From Podarcis pityusensis (lineage: Eukaryota), in assembly GCA_964106645.2 (NCBI GenBank), contig OZ067043.1: a stretch of DNA of 64,000 nt. One strand, given 5' to 3'. The translations under genes and the position numbers were made by a program. The notes below the pieces were generated by a model. That model worked only from the letters and a program-made list of their open reading frames with translations, was not told the DNA's origin and made no database searches. Shown piece by piece: positions 1-11,529 of this stretch; within the stretch, counting starts at the first letter, position 1; each line of letters opens with the position of its first letter.

Positions 1-2310
1 AAATCTGAGTTGGACAATCCTCTCCCTTCCCTCTGGAATGAATTAATGTCCAATCTCCTCCTTCCCAGTCCTATGCAAAATGCTAAGCTTTGACCACTAC
101 TGTATTTATTGCTGGTTGAATCCAAATTGGTTCATGCATAAGTGGAACTGACTTCTCTTGCAACAGAACTTCACCTTCGTCTGTTCTCTTCTGTAGCTCC
201 TACATACCCTGAAAATCTGCTCCAGGAGGTTGAGGGGGGACCCTTTGCTGAAAGGAGAGGAAAGTATTCTGTTGCATTCTTGCAGTGTTGGATTCTGCCC
301 TGTGTCCTAAATAATGTGCCCAACAGCACAGCTTTAATTAGCTGAAATTTTTTTTGCTCTGTTTAAATATACATTACAGTCATGGATGCAACTATGAGGA
401 AAACTGGAATAAAAATAAAGTGCTGGAAGCCCACATTTAACAAGAGGATTATATTTGTTCTAAGTGATAGATTAGAGGAAAGACATTTCTGCAGAGCTAT
501 TACATAAATCGGATTTTGTTTGTGGGCTTAGACATTCAGAATGAAGAACTCTGTTACACTGGGGCTGCTTCTAGACTCACTATTTTCAGGTGGGATTCAA
601 TCATACCCCCAGCAAACTCAGGCTTGGCAATTAAAACTGATTTGAATCTCTTATTGGACAAGCCCACCTCCACAAAGATCAGGCTCTATTTAGGAGGCCC
701 CACAGCATAATAATATGTGTATTAAAGGGTCCTAACTTCGCATGCTAGATGGCCATTCTACCCTTCTATCGTATTGTTCTGTGTCCAAAAGGCTCTGATA
801 TTGTAGCCTATATGCATTGCCTTTCGCATGAGATCCATAGAGGCATTTACTGTAGCCTCCAACACGTTTTATTAAAATTACCTCTGACTTCAGAGTAACC
901 CAATATATGTCTCTTACAGAGCCAAGAGCCAATATGCTGCAGGGGATAGTTTTAGACTAACTAAGGAGACTTCAGCTCAAATCCTCTCCAAGTCATGGGT
1001 TGATCTAGGTTAGGCACATAGACTTAACCCAGACTCTCACTGCTTTGTTAGATTATGAGAGGGACATCTATGCCTCCTTGATGAAAATGAGTGAGATAAA
1101 GATCAATAAAATCTGGGCCTCAAATACCACAATATGCATCATCCCATCCAGTTTTCTTGTAGGGTAATTAAGTAGCAAGCACCCCTTGCATAGGGGTAGA
1201 CTTCAGGCTTCTGGAATGGACTGTGTTTTACTATAACCCCACATTCACCAACTGAAGTAAGGTGCAAAGCAGTGCGAGAAGAATCTGCATACAGAGTTGG
1301 ATGCAAAATTGGGGCTTGGGTGGAGTCAATAATCTTGTGCATCCCATAACTCATTCCCTGGGATAAGCTGCAAGTTCAAGGACAAATATTCACCTGAGTT
1401 TTTAATACAGATCAGGGATGCTAACACAAAGCTCTACAACAGGCCAACAGAGCTGCAAAAAGACCTAGTCAAAGGAAACCAACCATTACTCTTATTTTAC
1501 AAGTGAAGAACACTGAGATGGAAAGATAAGTAGTCAACAGAAAGAAGGTCAGCCAGGACAAATTAGTGTTGTCACTAAATGATTAGAGGACAAAAATCCA
1601 TGCCAATCCATCATAAAATATCTATCAGTAGATCACCTGTCATAAGAACAAACCTATTGGATTGCATCCAACATTTTTCCTACCCTGAGTAGACTCATTT
1701 AATTTAATGACCATGAATAAATTATGTCTTAAAATTTACAACCCATTTTCTTTTTCTTATGGCTCAGCAGGGGAAGCCAAGGCCTACATCACATTATATC
1801 ACATTGGTCTTTGTCTTTCAAAAAAAATTGCAGCATGTGATTCACGAAGTCAGTTCTTTGTATGCTTGGTTGGGACAGCAACACATGACATCTGTGTTAC
1901 TAGTCATACATTACAAAATCAATGAGTGTAGACCTGTGTAAAATATGCAATGTTTTTACACTATTCCTGTATAAGCTCCTCAGGGAGGGATCTGTCCTCT
2001 TGTGCTCTGAAACACATCATGTATGTTAATGATTATATAGTACATGGGATATTTAATGTTATGCTTAACTTATTCACTTTTTATGGGGCATCCACACAAT
2101 GCTATCATCTATTGCATGTCATCCTACATTTCCCTTGTGGGTTTTAAAAAACTTTTCTCAGACCAACAGAATATTTGCCTTTCCTCCCCAGAAGAAAAGA
2201 AGAGTAGTACAGTCTCTACAGGTGCAGGTGCCTTTAATACAAGTCTTTTGGTCTTTTATTATTATTATTAAAGGGGCAGGATTTTGATGTGGGCAAGTAA
2301 ACCTGTCACA

Positions 2311-2568
2311 GAAGAAGAGAAGAAGAAGAGTTTGGATTTGATATCCTGCTTTATCACTACCCTAAGGAGTCTCAAAGCGGCTAACAACTTCTTTTCCCCT
2401 TCCTCCCCCACAACAAACACTCTGTGAGGTGAGTGGGGCTGAGAGACTTCAGAGAAGTGTGGCTAGCCCAAGGTCACCCAGCAGCTGCATGTGGAGGAGT
2501 GGGGAATCAAACCCGGTTCACCAGATCACAAGTCCACTGCTCTTAACCACTATACCACACTGGCTCTC
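2311..2568 (-). mobile_element. tRNA-derived CORE-type SINE (Squam3-like), full length
   Basis: Reverse strand begins gagagccagtgtggtatagtggttaagagc (A box) ... gggtttgattcccc (B box), has core gtgaccttgggctag, and ends in a (CTT)n tail. Confidence 0.8.
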
Positions 2569-2630
2569 AAACAGCTCAAAACAGCTCAAAACAAACAAGC
2601 AAACTCAACAGCTCAAAACAGCTCAAAACA
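2569..2630. repeat. Short tandem repeat (acagctcaaa)n
   Basis: Four imperfect copies directly beside the SINE 5' end. Confidence 0.8.
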
Positions 2631-3616
2631 AATCAATTTTAACCTTTGTGTTGGGTTGCCATTTATTATCCCGTTTCTTTTTGAAAATCCATTGCATAAG
2701 TACACCTTGTTCCATGCATGCAACAACTTAGTTGAATCCTGCCCAATTTGGCATGGTTTTGCAGCAAGGTCTGGATTTTTGTAGCACTAAAATCACTGAA
2801 TGGTAAAGACTGACACTAGTCCACATTAATGTGATCTAAGCTAGTGAGAGCCACTGTGGTGTAATAGTTACTAGACTAAGGCTGGGGAAAAATTGGAATT
2901 CAAATCCACAAAGCCACAACGCTCACCTGAGAGCAACAACTCATGCTGCCTGGAGGTCCTTATAAAAAAGGTGGGATATAAATGTAGCTTAAAAATATAT
3001 AGGCATGTTTACACTTTAGTGTGACTATGACTGGCAGCTATTCGATAGTATCTCTGGCATGTAACAGCATGCTATATATTGCAAAAATATGCATGCTGTG
3101 GCAGGCAGCTTGTGATGTATTCCTGAAAATACTAGGTGGTCAAGAGGAGAAGCAAACACAGAGAACTTGAGCAGAATGCAGGGAGAAAAAGAAAAGTCTA
3201 AATGGGACAATTGCACTTAGAACAAGATTTGAGAGGCAGTTCTCCACCCAGCAGGAAAGCTCCAAGGCTTTGAATATTCCTCTCTAGGACTGTTCACTAA
3301 GAGTCCTCCAACTCTGCCCCAGCATCTAGCTAGCTGAAGGTCTGAGTATATTTGATTTATGGGTTGGGTATATACAACACTTAAATCCTTATTTCTGTAT
3401 CTGGCACAACTTTGAGACTGTTTTAAAAGAGTTCTGTATGTGAAAGAATAAGTGTAAAACAAGATATAGCAAGCCCTTTAAAAAGAGGAAAAGTTGCTAA
3501 ACCTCAACTACAAATTGACTAGACCAGAAGCTTGGTGTAACAATAAAATTGCAAGCACACTTGCAAAGCTAAGCAGGGTCCAGCATGGTTTCAAATTGGA
3601 TGGGATACCAAGTGCT

Positions 3617-3690
3617 GAGATTCCTGCATTGCAGGGGGTTGGACTAGATGATCCTCGTGGTCCCTTCCAACTATACAATTCTATGATTTT
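3617..3690 (+). mobile_element. CR1 LINE 3' terminus
   Basis: gggggttggactagatgatcctcgtggtcccttccaactatacaattctatgatt is a typical CR1 3' end. Confidence 0.75.
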
Positions 3691-4758
3691 ATCTGGTCCA
3701 GTTAATTTCACCAATCCAGAATAATTTATAAGACAATAGGGCTGCATTTATAAACATACACTTAAATGGGAGTAACCTACTAGGACTTATTTCTGAGTAC
3801 ACACATATAGGATTGCCCTATGAGAGAGAAGCAGCTGCAATGAAGAAAACAGAGTGAACTCACTTTTTTCACAGTGCAAAATGGTGCCTGTACATCCATT
3901 ATTTTTGTTAATAGCTGCAGACCAACCAATGCTAAACTGGAGCTGGTTCTAAAACAGAGGTCCAGAAGAAATTGCTCCATGGAAATAAACAGTTGGTGCA
4001 GGCATGTTTTTTCTTTAGTAAGGTTACACCACAGCAGGAAGAATGGAATTTTATAAACAATCTCATACTTTACATTCTATAAAACATCAAAGCCACTTAC
4101 AGATTTATATGACACAGGTCAGTATAATTTATTCTCTTCTCAGTATACTTTATATATGTTTATTTCATTTTTTGATATATAATTTGGGTATTTATTACAA
4201 GGAGGAAACTGCATTCTGATAAACTCTGGAATGAATTCTCAAGACAAAAATAGCTAAATGTGGGAATTAACTATCCAGATTTCTAAACCGCACAGATTCT
4301 AGGTTGCATGCTAGAATCTATCATAACATGTGAATTATGAACATCAGCTTCACAAAGAACACCTTTTAGCTGTTTTTCCTTCATCCTGTTTCTTGTTGGG
4401 AAAAAAGTAACAGAAAGATCTGGATCTTTTAAAAATAAATAAATGAACAAACGTTGCCTGTAGAAATGAAATGAGGAAAAACATTTTGACTCCAGATCCT
4501 CTGTTCCATGCCAGATTTTATAAAATATGCTATGTCTTCTTGCATCCTCATCCTTCCTCTGATTTTGTATAATCCGAACTATAACCCAGCATTATACACC
4601 GTTTTCATACAAATTATCACCACATCACTGCCTCGGACTGAGGAACGTAGCCTTCATGACCTATGACTGGCTGTGAATGACAAATCAAAAGTCAGCGTTT
4701 CAGAAATCAGCTGGGTTTTTTTTCCCTGCTGAGCTGCAGCAAGGAGAGGGAAGGGAGG

Positions 4759-4780
4759 ATGAAAGAATCTGAAAATAAAG
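4759..4780 (+). CDS. DNAJC6: DNAJC6 alternative first coding exon 1a (MKESENK + first base of Gly)
   Basis: aggATG AAA GAA TCT GAA AAT AAA G|gtaagg. Strong donor, phase 1, matching the exon 2 acceptor. Resembles the recalled N-terminus MKDSENKG of the human auxilin reference isoform. Confidence 0.88.
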
Positions 4781-7700
4781 GTAAGGAAAACCTATAACTA
4801 GGAACATGTACAGTGTTATAAACATATGATGCTTGAGTCATTTATGTGGTACTATTTACAGTCTATTCTGCTGAGTAACCATTTTAAAATTGCATCGTGC
4901 ATCTTGAATGCAAACAAGCCATGTTTAAAAATAAATGCAGTTATATAATATGCTAAGGGATAGACTTTGTATGAAATCTCCTTCTTATTTGAAGCACAAA
5001 TTAGGATGCCAAATTTGTTAGTTCATAGCTGTGAATGCAGTATGTCTTACAGTATGACTGCAAGGCTTTCTTCAAATACCAATGTATATATTTACAGTGC
5101 AACCCTAGTCATGTCTACTCAGAAGCAAGCCTTACTGAGCTCAATGGGACTGATTCCCAGGTCATTGTATATAGGATTGCAGTCCTAATGTTTAATGTTA
5201 TGTTATCTGATAATATTGATAATAGCAAAAAGAAATGGGATGTCTCCCCATTAAAATATTTATGGAAGCTTGTGGTCTACAGTAAATAAACAGACCTCTA
5301 CTTCCTTTCAGTGTGTGTATGAAAAGTATCCAGTATTTGAGGATACTTGACCTTCATAATTGTATCAGAGTGATATTGCAAAACTGAACATAATTTTCTT
5401 CTTTAGGGGAAAATACTTTTAAATCTACATTACAAATCACCTGACATTTATGTCACATTATTTCTGCTTTGAAATCTGAATTATCAAAACTAAGGCTGCC
5501 CAAAGGAGTGAAGGGAGATTGGTTGAACTGTGTGCTTGTCACAATGTTGCTGAGACAGTGATGTGACATTACTGCCACTATTCGATGCTATAGGTAGGTT
5601 TATTCCACAATTTTGCATTGAAGTGTTTGGCCTTTCCTATCATGTTTCTGATTTATATACAAATGTCCTTTCAATTTAGCAAAAAATAATGTGAGCAGTA
5701 TAGATTCAGATGCCGAATTTGGGATGAGGCCTCCATCTTCCAATGCTCCTTGAGGGAAAGAGCTGTTTATTTCAGTCGCAGCTTCATCTGAGAGGTACAG
5801 CCTCTTTCTATCGCCTCATGTAATTTAGATGCTACCAATAGCAGCCTGAAGACAATGCAGGGGTGCACTATATTTAGCCAGCTGTGACAGCATCTGTTTC
5901 CTTCTGATCCAAGAAACCCAAAGCTCATATGTGCAGCATTTATGAATTTCTTTAACCTTTAAGGAGAAACCATGGTGGTTTTTTTGCCCTTGAAGCTCAT
6001 GGTTGTGTGTGTTTGGTTTTTTTACTGCATGCCAACGGTAGTATAAGCACTCTCATTTAATTGCTGACTGACCTAATCTGTTCTGCATACGGCTTTTACC
6101 CAGCTGCAGATTAATCCTCAGAGTAGGAAAGAAAGCCTAGGCCTCAAGTCTATATACACTGTTTCCCACTCAGAGTGGAGTTAGAGTTGTTGCAGAGTCA
6201 GGCATGTTAAAAACAACATCATGGATTTTCCCATGCAGCACAAAATCTATAGGATATTATATATTACAGAAGAGGTAATTGTATGAAGGAGATCTGTAGA
6301 GACTATTTTGAATGAATCATAAGCCAGTCATATGTACACACATTAAACCATCTTATCAATTGAATTATATAGAAGCTGCAGTATATATTCACTTCTTCAC
6401 CTTCTACTTTCAAGGTGTAAATACCTTTGTATGAGAATTGCATATTGCATAATATTACATTAGCATATTGAATTAAAAGGTGAAGAATAGTTGGTACCTT
6501 TAGCTGAATCAAACAGTAAAGCTTTTCTGGGACTGTACTACTTCACACTACCAGAGGACTTGCACATTCAAAAGCCCCTCCAATAAGAAATAAAGCTGCC
6601 CAGCACATACGTACAGAAAAATGGTGTACCAGGGTGAACGCTCCTAGGTTTCGAGACTTAATTCTCCCTTACATGCTAGCTTTGTACATGAAGGGAAATA
6701 TATAATGTGCTCCCGCTCCTATTGTTGTACAGCCCAGGAAATCTTTTCAACTTGATTCTGCTGAATGTATAAACATGTGCCCTGAGAGATTATTTAGGGA
6801 TACAAAGAAAACATTCCTGACTCTAGATCAAAGTGATTAGGGCCAGTCTCCTCATTGGTACATGACTAGGGATAGACAAATTTGTCATTTTTTATATCTT
6901 TCAGTTTTCCAAACTTCGGTTCTCAATAGTTTGCAAGTGTTTTTTTTTTTAAGTCCCCCTAATATGCACTTTGTACTGTTTTCCATTTTGCCCAATACTG
7001 ATTGTTGCAAAGCTATTTCCCCCAATAAAAAAAAATGTTCATTTTTTTTTTTACTAATATATGCATTTTATGCACACTTGTCCTCAGTATGTGGAAAAAT
7101 ATTTTTTTACACATCACTTGGCAAACAAGTACATTGCAAAACTCTGAGAAGTGCGACTTTTTGAACCATGGCTATTTTGTTTCACAAATTCACTAGATTT
7201 GCCTTTAAATGTGATCTGAATCAAGTTTCTCCCCCATCTCAGAATATGACTCATTTGGCTTGTTAGTGTCAAAGGGGCACTTTCCCTGGATTCTATGACT
7301 CACATTCTCAAGCCATCTGGCTGCATTACGTAAACTCATCCCTTGTTTTAAAGATACCTCTGACTTGGTGCTCTTTTTAATTATTTTTGCTGCATTTTGG
7401 TCACACAGTGCAAGATGCATGATGTGCTTTGTTAACCAGTAATTGGACTGGCTACATAGAAGATCCTAGCTCAGGCTGCAGAGTATACTTACTCAGGACT
7501 CTGAGCTCGACTGAACATAGCAGGACTTACTTCTGAGTAAACATGCATAGGACTACATTGTCAGTGCCTGAAGCTACATTGCATTTTCTGCAAGTTGAGC
7601 ATAGTTCTGTAATTCTTTAGCGCAGCCAAATAATAGAAACTGTCACTGTCAAAAAAAAAGCTTTAGTATTTTGTATTTTGATGGGGCAGCTTCTGTTAAT

Positions 7701-7783
7701 TGTTGACTGCTATTTTATATTGTGTTTTACACAGTGTTTTACTACAGATCATTTTGATTTTTTATAGTTTTAAAATCATTGCT

Positions 7784-7873
7784 CATATCTGTCAACTTTC
7801 CCCTTTTTTTAAGGGTAATTCCCTTATTCAGAATAGGATTCCTCGCAAGAAAAGGGAAAAGTTGACAGGTATG
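7784..7873. mobile_element. 90-bp hAT-type MITE
   Basis: TIRs catatctgtcaactttcccc / gggaaaagttgacaggtatg. Perfect 8-bp TSD tcattgct (7776-7783, 7874-7881). Confidence 0.85.
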
Positions 7874-8627
7874 TCATTGCTCCTAGTTGTCTCACACAGC
7901 AACAATTCCCAGAGTGGTTTAGCAATTTTTGAGGGGAATAAGGATCTCCTAAGAACACTCAGCGTCCTTAGCTAACTAGACTTCCCAGGATCCTTTGGAG
8001 GAAGACACAACTGCTTAAAGTGGTATGACACTCCTTTAAATGTATAGTGCAGATGCGGCGACAGTTACACTTATCCTAGTACTACACATGGACATTTTAA
8101 AGTACGTCCTACCCTATCCTTTTGTGGATTTTTAAAGGTTAACTCTGGAGAAATCCTTTTAAAAGGTATTTAAAACATTCACAGAACACATACACACGCA
8201 GAGTACTTATGAGGTGAACCAAGGCCTACTCTCTCCTTTGTGTTGTTTTTTTCTTATTTTAACACTTATTTCAACACTTATTTCATCCCATTGCACCTCT
8301 ACCGTGTACTTTAAACACTATAAAAATGGTACAGAAAGTTACTGCATGCCACTTTCTATGTAATGGTATGTACAAAGAGCATTTTATGAACAACAAGATG
8401 ACTGATCCCATGTACTGATGGCTATTTCAGAATGGCACAGGATACCACGTACTCAGTTATTATGCCCCACAAGTGGCATAAGGAACATACCAGTACTATG
8501 TATATGCCATTTTCCATACATACATTGCCCATTTGTACATACAGTTACACACTTCCTGCAGAAAAAAGTGTTTTTACTTAAGCCACGATGCCTAAAAGCT
8601 GCTCCAAGCAGCTTTGCACTGTTACAG

Positions 8628-8628
<1 letters not shown>

Positions 8629-8657
<29 letters not shown>
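8629..8657. repeat. (AATC)n microsatellite
   Basis: About 7 tandem copies. Confidence 0.9.
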
Positions 8658-8660
<3 letters not shown>

Positions 8661-8925
8661 GAGAGCAAGCCCTCAGTTGACCTCCTAAGTACAATGGCTG
8701 AACCAACCCTCAGAAAGAGTCGTAGATCTAAAGAACTAAACTGCAGGTCTGTGGCCTGTTTGCACTGGTCTGATGACTGGTTTCGCAGCAAAATCTGGTA
8801 TTCTCTGACATCCCAAATCTAATCTAATATCTGTTTACCCTAACTGGAAACAGTTCTCCATGCTCTCAGATACAGACCTTTCCTCAACACCTGCTACTTG
8901 ACCCTTTAAAAACAAAACAAAACAA

Positions 8926-9054
8926 TAACCCTATGAGGTAGGTGAAGCTGAGTGACTGGCCCAAGGTCGCCCAGTGAGCTTCATGGCTGATTGGGGATTT
9001 GAACTCTAGTCTCCAAGGTTCTAGGTTAGCACTCCAACCACTATACCACACTGG
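8926..9054 (-). mobile_element. CORE/MIR-like SINE 5' fragment
   Basis: gactggcccaaggtcgcccagtgagcttcatggctg...ggatttgaactc...aaccactataccacactgg, homologous to the 2311-2568 element. Confidence 0.7.
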
Positions 9055-9530
9055 TTTTTATTATGAGCTCCGCCCATGTGGCCCAGATCTTCCCAACATT
9101 ATCTGAATAATGTGGGAGAAGCACAAGCTGCAGTGAACCCCACACCACCCAAGGACAGACCTTAGGACATGGTAGGCCATGCTAAAAAGAATACTAATAA
9201 TCATTTCAAATATTATTCATAAGGACAAACTAATGGTAGTGTGGGTCCACCACAATCATTTGTGTGCACCCAATTCTAAAATGCATGTTTCAGGACTATG
9301 GAATCTTGCCCACCCTCCCATTGCCACCACTACTGCAAGGCTTACTTCTAACAAGTCATTCCTCCAATATCACATTTTCATCAGCCAGGCTCCAGTTTGA
9401 AAGTGAATCCAGCTAGGAGATAAATATTTTGGGTGGTAAAAGGCAGGGTGCTGTGGAAGGAGTGTTCTGAACTCCTTTCTTTACTGAGCCAAAATAGGCA
9501 AGCTGGTAATGAGATGTAAGTGTTGTTGTA

Positions 9531-9882
9531 GGGACGCGGGTGGTGCTGTGGGTTAAAACACAGAGCCTAGGGCTTGCCAATCAGAAGGTCGGCGGTTTGA
9601 ATCCCCGCGACGGGGTGAGCTCCCGTTGTTCGGTCCCTGCTCCTGCCAACCTAGCAGTTCGAAAGCACACCAGTGCAAGTAGATAAATAGGTACCGCTCC
9701 AGTGGGAAGGTAAACGGCGTTTCCGTGTGCTGCTCTGGTTCACCAGAAGCAGCTTAGTCATGCTGGCCACATGACCCGGAAGCTGTACGCCGGCTCCCTT
9801 GGCCAATAAAGAGAGATGAGCGCCGCAACCCCAGAGTCAGTCACGACTGGACCTAATGGTCAGGGGTCCCTTTACCTTTACC
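9531..9882 (+). mobile_element. Sauria SINE, full length
   Basis: Begins gggacgcgggtggtgctgtggg, has the tRNA-like head and conserved body (gtcatgctggccacatgacc), and ends (tttacc)n. Flanked by TSD taagtgttgttgta / taagtgttgtcgaa (12/14). Confidence 0.92.
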
Positions 9883-10319
9883 TAAGTGTTGTCGAACCAA
9901 TTGAGAGCAGTAGCCATAAAGCTATTGTGTTAAATATACATGCAAATTGCTAAGAAAACTCAACATGGTCACATCTGATTTCAAAAGAGGAAACCACCCC
10001 GAAATGAAGAGATTGGTAAAAAGCCAAGGGGGTCAAATCTCTCTGAAATGCTTGGGAGTTGTTTAAAAACACAAAATCAGAACTGGCATGCATACTGCAG
10101 ATCAGAAAAGGTATCACCAAGGCCAAGAATATGCCAGTATACAAGCAGAGTAGAGGAAGCTATTAGAGACAATAAGGTTTCCTAAAAATGGAAGTTTTGA
10201 ACATGCGAGAACAGAAAGGAACAGAAATTTGGCAAAAGAAATGCAAGCAGACAATAAAGGATGGTAAAATTACATAAAATTTTAGGAGCACATTGCTAAA
10301 AACATAAAGACAATCACTG

Positions 10320-10480
10320 TCAACAAAATCTTTAAATATATTAGTAGTAGGAGAAGGAGAAGGAGAAGGAGAAGTAGTAGTAGTAGTATAGGGAGGGAGT
10401 GATAAGGGAGTTAAAGGCGTGCTGAAGGAAGATAAGGTTTGCTGAATGAATTATTTTCATCTGTCTTCACGGCAGAATAT
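10320..10480 (+). mobile_element. Degenerate CR1 ORF2 internal fragment
   Basis: Translates to FKYISSR...LNELFSSVFTAE, resembling the CR1 ORF2 linker motif. Interrupted by (GGAGAA)n/(AGT)n repeats. Confidence 0.55.
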
Positions 10481-11379
10481 ATCAGATCCTCCAAGTGTCC
10501 CTATTTTCCGAATTCTAATTGGATCTGTGAATGTCCCGCTTTCCCTGCCAGAGCTTGTGGCGGCTATCGGCGCCAAAAAAAAAATATTATTATTTTTTGC
10601 AAACAGAGCCAGGAAGTCTGCGCGCGAGTATCACTCTTCGCTTTTTCCTATCTCTAGGGACACGCCTGTTCTCGGTACAAAGACTTGCTCTGCCAGCAGA
10701 GCCAGGAAGTGTGCACACGAGGATCACTCTTTACCTTTTCTCTATGGTGCTAGCCTGGACTCATCATCCACCGGTGGATCCAAGGCTGCTATCTAGACCT
10801 GTCCGAGCTGTGGCATGTCGGTGCCCAGTAAGCTGCCCATGAGCAGGCGGGAAAGGCTCATTGAGAAGGTCCCTCTCTCTGTCTCCCCTTCCCCCCTTTA
10901 GGGTCTCTCGTATACTCTGTGTGCCTCAGTGCCAGGATCCCCACCCCACCCTAGTGCATTAGCCATTGATTGCAGATAAGCTGACTCTATTCTGCAATAC
11001 TAGAAAGATCTAAGAAAAGAAAGAGCGACCTGCTAGTAAAAATGATCTCAAGCTCTCTCAGTCCTAATTAAAAGTTATTTGTCCAATGGGCATTTGGATA
11101 GCTAGTTAAAACACACATCTCTCATGTATGGTCAGGGAATGCCCCCCTCCTCATTTTTTTGTGTTAGCAGACTGGAGAAAGTAAGTACTGGGGCTTGGGA
11201 GGGTGGAGAGTGGAAAAAATGGCTGAAGCACTGGGACCCCATTTCCCCCCTAAAAGCTTTGCTCCCTTCCTTTGATCACTGTACTGCTTCAATCTTCATA
11301 TTGTGTTTCTTTTGGCCACTATGTGACCCCCGAGCCAAGGAGATAAGTAACAATACAAGCTTTAGAATACATCTGAAGG

Positions 11380-11529
11380 CAGCCCTGTATAGAGGTTTTT
11401 ATAAAAACATTTAATGTTTTTTGTTATGCTTTTTTTATAGGTTGGAAGCTGCCCAGAGTAGCTGGGGCAACCCAGTCAGTTGGGCAGGGTATAAATATTA
11501 TTATTATTATTATTATTACTATTATTATC
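11380..11529 (+). mobile_element. LINE (L2-like) 3' end with (TTA)n tail
   Basis: ggaagctgcccagagtagctggggcaacccagtcagttgggcagggtataaa(tta)n. A reverse-complement relative lies at 34300-34610. Confidence 0.65.

Noticed and set aside
2569-2630. Short direct repeats resembling a CRISPR-like array
   Set aside because: Eukaryotic context, 10-bp units and no unique spacers. Simple tandem repeat.
1-4700. Possible 3' exons of the upstream neighbour (AK4 in mammals)
   Set aside because: No adenylate-kinase-like translation recognised. Only repeats and AT-rich sequence.
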